A DNA stretch of 64,000 bases from positions 203 through 64,202 of the forward strand of contig JBDRVQ010000003.1 of NCBI GenBank assembly GCA_039801905.1, written 5' to 3'. Both the position numbers and the translations under genes were made by a program. Of the stretch, positions 27,780 through 37,172 are shown in pieces (the first letter of the stretch is position 1; the number at the start of each line of letters is the position of its first letter). The notes beneath the pieces are model-generated. The model searched no databases. It was not told where the DNA came from and saw only the letters and a list, made by a program, of their open reading frames with translations. The DNA is from a candidate division WOR-3 bacterium (GTDB lineage Bacteria > Hydrothermota > Tepidihabitantia > Tepidihabitantales > JBDRVQ01).

Positions 27780-29066
27780 TTGGAAGCCCTTTTAATTAAA
27801 AACGGTCGGGTTTTAGACCCCGCCAGTGATTTAGACCAAAAATTGGATATTTTAGTGGTCTGGGGGAAAATTAAAGAGATGGCACCAGAGATAAAAGTGG
27901 ATGATAGTTTCCTTAAAGAAAGGATGATGGTGATTGATGCGACTAATAAAATTATCACTCCCGGTTTGATTGACGTCCATGTCCACGCCCGGGAGCCAGG
28001 AGAGGAATATAAAGAGACAATCCGGACTGTGTCCCGGGCCGCAGCCAGTGGTGGGTTCACTACCATCATCTGTGCTCCGAATACCATCCCCCCGATTGAT
28101 AATCCTTGGAGGGTAAAAAGAATAATAGAAAGGGCAAGAAAGAAAAGTTTGGTAAATTTTTTCACCTACGCCTGCATTACAAAAGGGATGAAGGGGAAAA
28201 AGGTGGTCAATGTGGAAGGGATAAAGAGGGAAGGAGCGGTTGGTCTCACCGACGATGGCTTCCCCGTTAGGGATATAAAGGTGATGAAAGAAGCGGCAAA
28301 ATTGGCAAAGGAGTTTAGCCTACCAATCTGTCCCCATTGCGAGGAGGTGAAAGGGCCCTTCCTTTTGGAAGCAAAACTTATTAAAAGATATATCCGATCC
28401 GTTTTAAGAAAAATCCCAACCCATTTCCATTTCTTTCACCTCAGTCTGAAAGAATCGGTTAGATTGGTGGCGGAGGCAAAAAGGGAAGGACTTCCGGTCT
28501 CCGCAGAAGCAACCCCCCATCACTTCACCCTTTCGGAGAGAGAGAAGATGGGGGAGAAAATTAACCCCAACTTCCTTATGAATCCCCCTCTCCGTTCCTT
28601 AGAAGATGTGGCAGCGATAAGAGAAGGTTTGCGGGAGAATGTGATTGATGTCATCGCCAGTGACCATGCCCCCCATACCAAAAAGGAAAAGAATTCCCAG
28701 CACCCCCCTCTGGGCGTGATCGGGCTTGAAACTACCTTAGGCCTTGTCTTAACCCATTTGGTCAAAAGTAAAATCCTTTCCTTAAAAGAGGCGATTAGGA
28801 AGATGACAATTAATCCGGCCGGGATTTTCGGAATTGAGGGGGGGAGATTAGGGATTGGTCTGCCAGCAGATATCACCATCATTGACCCGGATTGGGAATG
28901 GACGGTAAAACCGAACCTTTTTGAGTCAAAAGGAAGAAATTGCCCATTTGCGGGGTGGCGATTGTGGGGAAAGGCGGTAATGACAATTGTTCGGGGAGAG
29001 GTAATAATGAGCCGAATGGAGAAAATAAAAGGGCGCTTTATCCCCAAAGATCTTAAAAAATCCTAA
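27780..29066 (+). CDS. pyrC: Dihydroorotase
   Basis: DVHVHAREPG metal-binding motif and an amidohydrolase fold of the expected length. TTG start. Confidence 0.88.
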   Translation: MEALLIKNGRVLDPASDLDQKLDILVVWGKIKEMAPEIKVDDSFLKERMMVIDATNKIITPGLIDVHVHAREPGEEYKETIRTVSRAAASGGFTTIICAPNTIPPIDNPWRVKRIIERARKKSLVNFFTYACITKGMKGKKVVNVEGIKREGAVGLTDDGFPVRDIKVMKEAAKLAKEFSLPICPHCEEVKGPFLLEAKLIKRYIRSVLRKIPTHFHFFHLSLKESVRLVAEAKREGLPVSAEATPHHFTLSEREKMGEKINPNFLMNPPLRSLEDVAAIREGLRENVIDVIASDHAPHTKKEKNSQHPPLGVIGLETTLGLVLTHLVKSKILSLKEAIRKMTINPAGIFGIEGGRLGIGLPADITIIDPDWEWTVKPNLFESKGRNCPFAGWRLWGKAVMTIVRGEVIMSRMEKIKGRFIPKDLKKS

Positions 29067-29084
29067 GTTTCCCTTGGGTGTTTT

Positions 29085-30029
29085 TTAAGGGCTTAGTAAG
29101 CCTTTGGCTTGGAAACTGAAATAATCGGTTTCGTTGCGACCGATGATGATATGGTCTAAGATCCTAATTCCCACCAAACTTAACGCTTTATTTAACTCTT
29201 TGGTAATGGCTATATCTTCGGAGGAAGGATCAGGTTCCCCAGAAGGGTGGTTGTGGACCAAAATGACCGAAGATGCTTGCTTCTGGACCGCCTCTTTTAA
29301 AACCTCTACCTTGTCAACGATACTGGCATCCCGACTCCCCCTTGATAACTCCTGACAATCAAGGACTTTATTTCGGTTGTCTAATAATACGAGGTAGAAA
29401 TACTCCTTTGGCGCATCTCTCAAATAAGGTCCGAGGAAGTTTTTAACAAACTTAATCGCGCCTCGGACATCTCTAATCTTCTCTTGGGCAAGTGCTTCTT
29501 CTCGGAAGAGCCTCTTCCCCAGTTCTAAGGCGGCTTTAATCTGCGTTGCCTTGGCGAAACCGATTCCGGGAATTTTTTGGAGTTCAGAAAGGGGGGCGTT
29601 ATCAATTCCCCTTAGGGAATGGAAGCGGTTGAGGAGTTCTCGGGCTAAATCTTCTGCGGAGCGCCCCTCACTCCCGGTTCTTAGAATAATCGCCAAAAGT
29701 TTTCCTAAGGAGAGTTTTTCCGCCCCTTCTTTTAAGAGTAACTCCCTAGGTCTTTCCTCCTTCACCCACTCCTTTATCGGTTTATGAGAGTTATCGCTTT
29801 TAAGTACCTCTTTAATCTTCCTTTGCCAAAGGAGGCACTCCTCTTTCGTTTGCAAGCCCAACTTCTCAATGATCTCCTCTTTCATCTTTTCCGGCAGTTT
29901 CCCTTTCCGGAAGATGACCTTTCCCGCCCGATAGATGGGATAAAGCCTCCTCGCAGTTAAAAAAGAGAAGACCTCTTGTTGGTCGCGAAAGAACATTAGG
30001 AAATATAAATCACTTTTTTTGTAAGTCAA
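29085..30029 (-). CDS. radC: RadC-family JAB/MPN protein with an N-terminal extension of about 85 aa
   Basis: ERPRELLLKEGAEKLS, a HhH region, and the HNHPSGEPDPSSEDI JAMM motif. The listed TTG start is part of a TTGACT hexamer; ATG at 29996 is an alternative start. Confidence 0.8.
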   Translation of the reverse strand: MTYKKSDLYFLMFFRDQQEVFSFLTARRLYPIYRAGKVIFRKGKLPEKMKEEIIEKLGLQTKEECLLWQRKIKEVLKSDNSHKPIKEWVKEERPRELLLKEGAEKLSLGKLLAIILRTGSEGRSAEDLARELLNRFHSLRGIDNAPLSELQKIPGIGFAKATQIKAALELGKRLFREEALAQEKIRDVRGAIKFVKNFLGPYLRDAPKEYFYLVLLDNRNKVLDCQELSRGSRDASIVDKVEVLKEAVQKQASSVILVHNHPSGEPDPSSEDIAITKELNKALSLVGIRILDHIIIGRNETDYFSFQAKGLLSP

Positions 30030-30101
30030 GGCGATAAAAAAAGATATGGGGAGAGGAGTGAGCGGACGGATGGCGAATTATTTTATAAGAAGTTTTATAA
30101 A

Positions 30102-30358
30102 TTAAGTTAAGCCGAGATTTAGACTTCCGGTTAGACTATCAATTGGGTTTTCGGTTAAACTTATAATTAAACCTCTAATTAGATTTCCAATTATCCTTCT
30201 TATTACCCCTACTTTTATTCTTTCTTTTAGACCCTTAATTAGAATGTCAATTAAGCCCAAGTTTAGACCAGGGATTAAACCATCATTTAGGGCTTTTATT
30301 AGGCTCCCGATACCATCCCCTGTATGCTTCACCCCTTTTTATAATGGTAAAGCCCTCC
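30102..30358 (-). repeat. Array C: conserved head plus 17 tandem 12-nt units on the minus strand
   Basis: Units phased from 30305 to 30102; 16 of 17 carry TAA at unit positions 5-7 and one carries CAA. The head is GGAGGG (30358-30353)-N8-TTATAAAAAG-GGGTGAAGCATACAGGGGATGGTATCGGG. The GTG frame 30332-30102 is open (76 aa). Confidence 0.85.
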
Positions 30359-30720
30359 TGTTTGATAAAGATTTTATGATTTAATGCCCTTTTTATTTAA
30401 GTACTACTTACCTGATAACACCTCCTCAATTTCTCTTCAAGGGTTGGGATTAGAACCCAATTTCTTACGGAACCCTTCTTCTCTATGACATCAAAAAAGG
30501 CAAAACCATTAATAATTAGTTTCTCCATAGTCCTCTATAATAAATAACGGAAATACCCCCCAATTTCTGACACCAAATTTTCCCCTTTTTTATAAGTCTT
30601 TGACTCTTCGCAACATATCTTTGCCAAAAGAATACCTCACCGGCCCTTTCCATTTTCCACATAATATCTCCGGGGACAAAGAAAATTGACTTTTTCTAAA
30701 TTTTAAGGATAATCCTTTCT

Positions 30721-31014
30721 ATGACGATAAACGAATTCCAAAATTTGATTAAAAGAATCTATTACCAAAAGGATAAGAAGAGGGGTATTGATGGTAGTTT
30801 CCGGTGGTTAGTGGAAGAGATTGGAGAATTAGCACGCTGTTTGAGGGCTAAGAAGAGGGATAAAGAAGAACTTAAAGAGGAGTTTGCCGATATCTTCGCC
30901 TGGCTCGTCTCCCTGGCTTCTTTATCCGGAATTAACTTAGAAGAGGCGGTAGAAAAGTATAAAAAAGGCTGTCCCAGATGCAAGAAGAGAAGGTGTGTCT
31001 GTTTTGAGGAATAA
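30721..31014 (+). CDS. MazG-like nucleotide pyrophosphohydrolase with a Cys-rich tail
   Basis: EEIGELARCL...EFADIFAWLVSLASLSGINLEEAV MazG helices, then GCPRCKKRRCVC. Confidence 0.75.
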   Translation: MTINEFQNLIKRIYYQKDKKRGIDGSFRWLVEEIGELARCLRAKKRDKEELKEEFADIFAWLVSLASLSGINLEEAVEKYKKGCPRCKKRRCVCFEE

Positions 31015-31028
31015 ACTTGGGAGGGATT

Positions 31029-32138
31029 ATGGTTTATCTTCTCTTATTTTTCTTCACCTTAGCGCCACCAACCAGTTTGTGCGTCTTTGATACCCCAAAC
31101 GATGCTGGAAAGAGTATCACTATCTCTTGGCAGAAATTGGAAGAGGAGGTGAGTTGCTATGAAGTTTGGCGGAGAGGTGAAGGGGAGACCGATTTTCAAC
31201 TTTGCGGTATCTTGCCCGCCACCGAATGCCAATTCGTTGATGATAAGGTTATAGACGGTAAGGTCTATTATTATAAGGTCGTAGCGGTTAAAGGAGAGGA
31301 AAGGGCAGAATCGGAAATTTCCAATCCGGTAAAATCTTCTCCCCAGTGGTTTGCCACCAATCGGATCAATGTTTTAGTTGGGGTTATCTTCTTTTCCGCA
31401 CTCCTCTTGTATTTCATTTACCATGCCCGAAAAGGAAAGAAGTTATTCATCCGCCGGATTTCGGGTTTGGATGCGGTGGAGGAAGCGGTTGGTCGGGCAA
31501 CGGAGATGGGAAAACCAATCCTTTATATTCCGGGTTTAGGGAGTATTGCCGATATCGCGACGATTGCTTCCCTAAATATCTTAGGGGAGGTGGCAAAGAA
31601 GACCGCCCAGTACGAGACGACCCTCTTGGTGCCCAATCGCGATCCGATTGTTTATACCGTTGCCTATGAGGTATGTAAGGAGGCTTACACCAATGTCGGT
31701 AGACCGGATGCCTTTAAGGGGGAGAATATCTTTTTTATTACTGATGCCCAATTCGCCTATGCCGCGGCGGTTGATGGGATTATGGTGCGAGAAAAACCGG
31801 CGACTAACTTCTTCATGGGGATGTTTTGGGCAGAATCTTTAATTTTAGCCGAAACGGGGGCAACGACCGGCGCGATTCAAATTGCCGGCACCGATGCCGT
31901 CCACCAACTTCCCTTCTTCATCACCGCCTGTGACTATACCTTAATCGGTGAAGAACTCTATGCCGCCTCCGCCTATCTCTCAAAAGAACCATTGTTGGTC
32001 GGTTCCCTAAAAGGGCAAGACTATGGGAAGTTGGTCATCCTCTTCCTCCTGCTCGTTGGCAGCTGCTTCCTTTTACTCTCCGCCCTGCCCCAATTCCGCT
32101 TCTTCCAAGTAATAATAAGATTCTTCTCAGTTTCTTAG
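31029..32138 (+). CDS. Membrane protein: exported FN3-like domain, TM helix, conserved unknown domain, TM helix
   Basis: ISWQ...YEVWRR...YYYKVVAV FN3-like pattern, followed by well-ordered non-repetitive sequence of unknown family. Start taken at the ATG 3 nt after GGGAGGG; the ORF opens at 31017. Confidence 0.6.
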   Translation: MVYLLLFFFTLAPPTSLCVFDTPNDAGKSITISWQKLEEEVSCYEVWRRGEGETDFQLCGILPATECQFVDDKVIDGKVYYYKVVAVKGEERAESEISNPVKSSPQWFATNRINVLVGVIFFSALLLYFIYHARKGKKLFIRRISGLDAVEEAVGRATEMGKPILYIPGLGSIADIATIASLNILGEVAKKTAQYETTLLVPNRDPIVYTVAYEVCKEAYTNVGRPDAFKGENIFFITDAQFAYAAAVDGIMVREKPATNFFMGMFWAESLILAETGATTGAIQIAGTDAVHQLPFFITACDYTLIGEELYAASAYLSKEPLLVGSLKGQDYGKLVILFLLLVGSCFLLLSALPQFRFFQVIIRFFSVS

Positions 32139-32148
32139 GAGGTAATAA

Positions 32149-32772
32149 ATGGCACGGACATTACCATTAGCCTTATGTTTCATAATGGGGGTCCTAATGG
32201 CTTGCCAGTTTTTTATCCCCCACCCTCTCTCCCAATCCTTTCTTGACTTGATTATCAAGTGGGTGAGGATAATCAGTGCCTTTGCCTTAGCCTTAGGGGT
32301 GAGAAGCGTCACTTTGAGACACTACGAGAGGATAAAACGGCGGAAAGGAGAATGGGGATTTTCGGTGGTGACGATCGTTTCGCTTCTTGCCACCGCTTTG
32401 ATTGGACTCATCTGGGGAGTAGGGGCTAAGTCCTACCTTCGGCTCATTTTTTCCAACATCATGGTTCCCTTAGGGGCGACGATGTTTTCTATACTCGCCT
32501 TTTATATGGCTTCCGCGGCTTATCGGGCTTTCCGCGCCCGGACCAAGGAGGCGACCCTTCTTTTGATTGCCTCTTTCATTGTGATGCTCGGGATGGTGCC
32601 CATCGGCACCGCGATCTCTCCCAGGCTATCCGACTTGGCGGAATGGCTCCTTTCCGTTCCTAATATGGCGGCAAAGCGGGGGATTATGTTCGGCGTGGCA
32701 TTGGGGGTGATTGCCACCTCCTTAAAGATCATCTTAGGAATTGAGAGAGGTTGGCTTGGAGGTAGGAGATGA
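32149..32772 (+). CDS. Polytopic membrane protein, unknown family
   Basis: GGAGG lies 6 nt upstream of the ATG. About 5-6 TM helices. Confidence 0.6.
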   Translation: MARTLPLALCFIMGVLMACQFFIPHPLSQSFLDLIIKWVRIISAFALALGVRSVTLRHYERIKRRKGEWGFSVVTIVSLLATALIGLIWGVGAKSYLRLIFSNIMVPLGATMFSILAFYMASAAYRAFRARTKEATLLLIASFIVMLGMVPIGTAISPRLSDLAEWLLSVPNMAAKRGIMFGVALGVIATSLKIILGIERGWLGGRR

Positions 32773-33608
32773 GTTTTTGGGAAAAACTGGGGAAGATTGA
32801 CCGCAAGATTATATTTTTGCTAATGGCGGTGGTCATTATTATCCCCCTCCTTTCGCCACTCAATCTGGTAGGGAAGGTTGGCCGGAGGACTCAGGAACTC
32901 TTCCGAGCAATTGATAACCTGCCCGAAAACTCTTACCTCTTAATCACCATTGATTTCGATCCCCAATCGATGCCGGAGTTATATCCAATGTATTTAGCAA
33001 TTCTCAGGCATGCCTTTGCCAAAAATCTCCGGGTGATTGTTACTGGCCTTTGGGTGACCGGTGTCGGTTTGGGCGAAGACGGATTGAAGACGGTAGCCCC
33101 GGAATATAACAAGGTTTACGGGAGAGACTATGTCTTTTTAGGCTGGAAGCCGGGTATAACCGCCGTGGTCTTAGGAATGGGTAGAAGTATGAAAGAGACC
33201 TTTCCTACCGATTATTATGGGACTTCTTATGATTCCCTTCCTATATTTACCAAAGATATCACTTACCGGGATATTCCCTTTATGGTGAGTCTCTCCGCGG
33301 GAGTTCCGGGTTATGAGACTTGGATTGCTTATGCCCAATCAAGATTTGGGATTCGGATTGGTGCTGGGGTAACTGCGGTCTCCGCCGCGGATGCCTATCC
33401 CTATCTCCAATCCGGACAACTCACCGGCTTATTGGGCGGGATGAAGGCGGCTGCGGAATATGAGTTCTTAAACGAGAAGGCCGGTTTCACCAAAGCCTTT
33501 AAGCCCGCCTCCCAACTTATGGATTCCCAATCCTTAGCCCATCTGGTGATAATGATTTTGGTCATCATTGGTAATATCAGTTATTTTGCTCTAAGGAGGA
33601 AGCGATGA
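32769..33608 (+). CDS. Membrane-anchored protein, unknown family
   Basis: ATGA overlap with the upstream gene. N- and C-terminal TM helices flank a domain of about 200 aa. Confidence 0.6.
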   Translation: MSFWEKLGKIDRKIIFLLMAVVIIIPLLSPLNLVGKVGRRTQELFRAIDNLPENSYLLITIDFDPQSMPELYPMYLAILRHAFAKNLRVIVTGLWVTGVGLGEDGLKTVAPEYNKVYGRDYVFLGWKPGITAVVLGMGRSMKETFPTDYYGTSYDSLPIFTKDITYRDIPFMVSLSAGVPGYETWIAYAQSRFGIRIGAGVTAVSAADAYPYLQSGQLTGLLGGMKAAAEYEFLNEKAGFTKAFKPASQLMDSQSLAHLVIMILVIIGNISYFALRRKR

Positions 33609-34231
33609 TACCCCAAGAGATTTGGATTTGGGTTGGCGCCATATTAACCCTTTTCATCTTCTCCTTTCTTTACGGGGATAATCCTTTCTATCGCTTTGCC
33701 GAGCACCTTTATGTTGGGGTTTCGGTTGGTTATACGATTGCCATCACCTGGCATAACTTCTTTTATCCGGATTTAGTGGTTCCGCTTTTTAAGCAGGGCA
33801 ATCTCTTTTATCTCATCCCCTTCCTCTTGGGTATTTTATACTTTTCCATCTTTTTCCCAAAGATCTCTTGGCTCATTCGGATACCGATGGGATTTGTTTT
33901 GGGTTATAGTTCCGGAGTGGCAATTCCGGCAATCTTACAGGCAAATATCATCAAGCAGATGCAGGGAACATTCCTCACCCCTGACCTCTTAAAGCGACCC
34001 GACCTTATCTTATGGGGAATTGTCTCCTTAATTGGGGTGGTGGCAACGGTTATTTACTTCTTCTTTTCTCGGGAACAGAAGGGGTTGACAAAGGGAATGG
34101 CCAATCTGGGAATCATCTTTCTGATGATTGGTTTTGGCGCCTCTTTCGGTTATACGGTTATGGCGCGGGTCTCTTTACTTTTGGGAAGGCTCCAATTTTT
34201 ACTCCGGGATTGGCTTGGGGTAATCAAATAA
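33605..34231 (+). CDS. Polytopic membrane protein, unknown family
   Basis: ATGA overlap with the upstream gene. About six TM helices. Confidence 0.6.
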   Translation: MIPQEIWIWVGAILTLFIFSFLYGDNPFYRFAEHLYVGVSVGYTIAITWHNFFYPDLVVPLFKQGNLFYLIPFLLGILYFSIFFPKISWLIRIPMGFVLGYSSGVAIPAILQANIIKQMQGTFLTPDLLKRPDLILWGIVSLIGVVATVIYFFFSREQKGLTKGMANLGIIFLMIGFGASFGYTVMARVSLLLGRLQFLLRDWLGVIK

Positions 34232-34233
34232 TC

Positions 34234-34797
34234 TCACTTTCCTTTCCCAGGGATAGAAAGGGGAATTCCCCGAGTGCAGAGAGGGCAGGAGTTGGGTTCG
34301 TAGTTAGGAATCTCTTTCCGATAGCAGGCAAAGAGAGGGAAAGGAAAATTTACCCCCGCACTCCGGTCAATGAAGACACCAATCCCGACAATCTGCACCT
34401 CATATTCTTTTAAAGCATTTATGGTCTCTTTAATGGAGGAGCCTGTCGTTAAGACATCGTCAACGACCAAAACCCTTTCCCCCTTCTTTATCTTAAATCC
34501 TTTACGAATTTTCCTTTGGCTGTTTTCCCTTTCGGCATAACAAAAACGAGCAGCGAGTTGGCGCGCTACTTCATAAGCAATCACTACCCCACCCGTGGTT
34601 GGTCCCACTACCAAACTAATTTCTTCCTTTTGGAAATTCTCTTTAAGGCGCCGGGCAAAGGTCTCTACCAGATTGGGATGTTGGAGAATTTTTGCCTTCT
34701 CAAAGTAAAATTCGGAATGGAGTCCGGAGGTTAGAAGAAAATGTCCCCTCTCTAATACTTCGTATTGATAGAGGATTTCTTCCAAATCTTCCCTCAT
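34234..34797 (-). CDS. pyrE: Orotate phosphoribosyltransferase
   Basis: VLVVDDVLTTGSS PRPP-binding motif. Confidence 0.9.
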   Translation of the reverse strand: MREDLEEILYQYEVLERGHFLLTSGLHSEFYFEKAKILQHPNLVETFARRLKENFQKEEISLVVGPTTGGVVIAYEVARQLAARFCYAERENSQRKIRKGFKIKKGERVLVVDDVLTTGSSIKETINALKEYEVQIVGIGVFIDRSAGVNFPFPLFACYRKEIPNYEPNSCPLCTRGIPLSIPGKGK

Positions 34798-35510
34798 GCG
34801 ATCTCCTTTCTAATTAACTCAATCACTTCAATCGGGTCCGGAACCTGGAGGATGGGTCGACCGATCACCAAAAAGTCCGCACCCCTCTCCTTGGCTTCAC
34901 CTGGGGTGAGAAATCTTTTCTGGTCATCTTTCGCCACGGAGGCGGTGGGCATTCTTATCCCCGGGCACATCACTAAAAAGTCCTTGCCGCATTCCCTTTT
35001 GATTTCGGAGATTTCAAAAGGGGAGGCGATCACCCCATCCAGACCCGCCTTTTTCGCCATCGTCGCTAAGTATAAGACCTTCTCTCGGAGATTGAAATTC
35101 CCCTTTATGCCGAAGGCATTTTTGCAGATCTCCTCATCCATACTGGTGAGAATCGTGACGCCGAAGAGGAGAGGACGGGTTTTTGTCCTTTCCTCTTCCC
35201 TTGCCACCACCTCCCTTGCCTTCCGCATCATCTCGTAACCTCCTAAGGTGTGTAAGTTAAAGATATCTACTTTCATCTTGACAAAATGGGCAGAGGCAGA
35301 TTCCACGATGGAAGGGATGTCAAAGAGTTTTAAATCCAAAAAGACCTTTTCACCCTTACTCTTGATGAATTTGACGATTCTCGGCCCGGAGCGGAAATAT
35401 AACTTATAGCCAACCTTATAGTAGTCAACCCAACCGGAAACCCTCTGCAAAACCTTGTTCACTTGGGTCGGTGTCTCTAAGTCTAAGGCTAAAACCAGTT
35501 TGGGTGTCAT
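34794..35510 (-). CDS. pyrF: Orotidine 5'-phosphate decarboxylase
   Basis: LALD..., DLKLFDIP and a C-terminal GRPI motif. Confidence 0.9.
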   Translation of the reverse strand: MTPKLVLALDLETPTQVNKVLQRVSGWVDYYKVGYKLYFRSGPRIVKFIKSKGEKVFLDLKLFDIPSIVESASAHFVKMKVDIFNLHTLGGYEMMRKAREVVAREEERTKTRPLLFGVTILTSMDEEICKNAFGIKGNFNLREKVLYLATMAKKAGLDGVIASPFEISEIKRECGKDFLVMCPGIRMPTASVAKDDQKRFLTPGEAKERGADFLVIGRPILQVPDPIEVIELIRKEIA

Positions 35511-35511
35511 T

Positions 35512-36420
35512 TCATACCTCCAATTTATTGATTAAATCCTCTACCGCCCAAATCTCTTTTTCTTTTAAGTAACGCTTTATCCCTTCAATAATCTCTAAAG
35601 GGGTAAAAGGGTTTAATAAGTTTTGGCTCCCCACCTGAAAGAGGGAGGCACCAGTGATTAGATATTCTAAGGCATCAGAATAGTTGGTGATGCCCCCACA
35701 ACCGATAATAGGGATGGAAACCACTTCTTTAACCTTTTGGATACAAAATAAGACGAAAGGTTTAAGAAAGGGACCGGATAAACCGCCGGTTTTCCCCCCG
35801 AGGCAGGGCTTAAAGGTTTCCGAAGAGATGACCAAGGCGGGGAGGGAATTGATTAAGGTGAGAGCGTCCACCCCCTCTTCGGCGCAAAGGTGGGCAAGGG
35901 CTAAAAGATCGGTAAGGCAAGGGGAGAGTTTGGCGATTAGGAGTTTCTTCGTCAGCCGGCGGGTCGCCCGGATTACCCGCTGGGCAGATTTTGGGGAGAG
36001 AGAAAAAAAGATACCTCCTTCTTTGACATTCGGGCAGGAGAGGTTCAATTCAAAACCATAAATTTCTGGCAAATCAAGAATCTTAACGAGGGTCTCAAAT
36101 TCCTCAACCGAAGAGCCGGCGAGGTTAGCAATGATTTTGGTGGGGAGTTTTTTTAAGTTGGGTAGAATATTATTGACAAAATAGATTGCCCCGGGATTTT
36201 CCAAACCGATAGAATTGACGATTCCCCCTTTTACCTCCCAAATCCGGGGTGGGGGATTTCCTTCCCGGGGCGAAAGGGTTAATCCCTTAGTGATGAAGCC
36301 GCCCACCTTGCTTATCACGGAGGGGAAGTTCTCCCCCCAGCCGTAGGTGCCGGAGGCGACGAGACAGGGGTTAGAAAATTCATAATTACCAATCCGCACC
36401 CGGAGGTCAGGCTTCTTCAT
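35512..36420 (-). CDS. pyrD: Dihydroorotate dehydrogenase 1B, catalytic subunit
   Basis: NPCLVASGT, ELNLSCPNV and GGI motifs. Start taken at MKKPDLRV, overlapping the pyrK stop; the ORF opens at 36525. Confidence 0.88.
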   Translation of the reverse strand: MKKPDLRVRIGNYEFSNPCLVASGTYGWGENFPSVISKVGGFITKGLTLSPREGNPPPRIWEVKGGIVNSIGLENPGAIYFVNNILPNLKKLPTKIIANLAGSSVEEFETLVKILDLPEIYGFELNLSCPNVKEGGIFFSLSPKSAQRVIRATRRLTKKLLIAKLSPCLTDLLALAHLCAEEGVDALTLINSLPALVISSETFKPCLGGKTGGLSGPFLKPFVLFCIQKVKEVVSIPIIGCGGITNYSDALEYLITGASLFQVGSQNLLNPFTPLEIIEGIKRYLKEKEIWAVEDLINKLEV

Positions 36421-37172
36421 AAATCTATGGTATCCAAATCTAAAATTGGTCCGTCTCGGCAGAGATGGAAATAGCCGCCTCCTTTCTTTCTGATCGCGCA
36501 AGAAAGGCAGAGCCCAGTGCCGCAACCCATCCTCTCTTCTAAGAAGGCATAAATTTTATTCGGGATTGACTTTTTTAGTTCGGTATACATCCCCTTCGGT
36601 CCGGAGGCAAAGACGATTGCTTTTTCGTTGAGGCGGTTCTTAATCAAAAGGTCCGTAACCTTTCCTTTCTCACCGATTTCCCCGTTTTCGGTGGCAAGGA
36701 ATATGTTTTCTATTCCGAGCCGGAGAAAATCATCGCGCATAATTACTTCCGAACCGGTTTTAGCACCGAAGAAAAGAAGAACCTTATTCCTTTTGACTAA
36801 GGTCTTGGCTAAAAAGAGGAGGGGAGCAATCCCAATCCCCCCGCCCACTAAAACGATCTCCTTATCCGAAACTTCGGGGGCGGGTTTTCCTAAAGGACCA
36901 AGAAGGGAGAGGAATTCCCCCTCTTTTACTTGTGAGAGGAGAGAAGTTCCTCTTCCCCTTATCCGGAAGACAATCCGCACTACGGGGCCGTCGGTGTCGG
37001 CAACGGCAAAGGGTCGTCTCAAGTAGGGGTCATAAGTTGTAGGGAAACGGAGGGAGATAAATTGTCCCGGAAGGGAATTTTTACCAATCTTGGTGGTGTC
37101 AAGATGAAGAGCAAAAATATCCGGGGCTAACGTCACCTTTTTTAATACCCGGCCGGATTCCAGATAGGTCAT
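36417..37172 (-). CDS. pyrK: Dihydroorotate dehydrogenase electron-transfer subunit
   Basis: FAD/NAD-binding fold (RPFAV, GGGIGIAP) and the C-terminal CGTGLCLSC 2Fe-2S motif. Confidence 0.85.
   Translation of the reverse strand: MTYLESGRVLKKVTLAPDIFALHLDTTKIGKNSLPGQFISLRFPTTYDPYLRRPFAVADTDGPVVRIVFRIRGRGTSLLSQVKEGEFLSLLGPLGKPAPEVSDKEIVLVGGGIGIAPLLFLAKTLVKRNKVLLFFGAKTGSEVIMRDDFLRLGIENIFLATENGEIGEKGKVTDLLIKNRLNEKAIVFASGPKGMYTELKKSIPNKIYAFLEERMGCGTGLCLSCAIRKKGGGYFHLCRDGPILDLDTIDL

Noticed and set aside
34765-35238. 157-aa plus-strand ORF
   Set aside because: It is antisense to pyrF, whose motifs are unambiguous.
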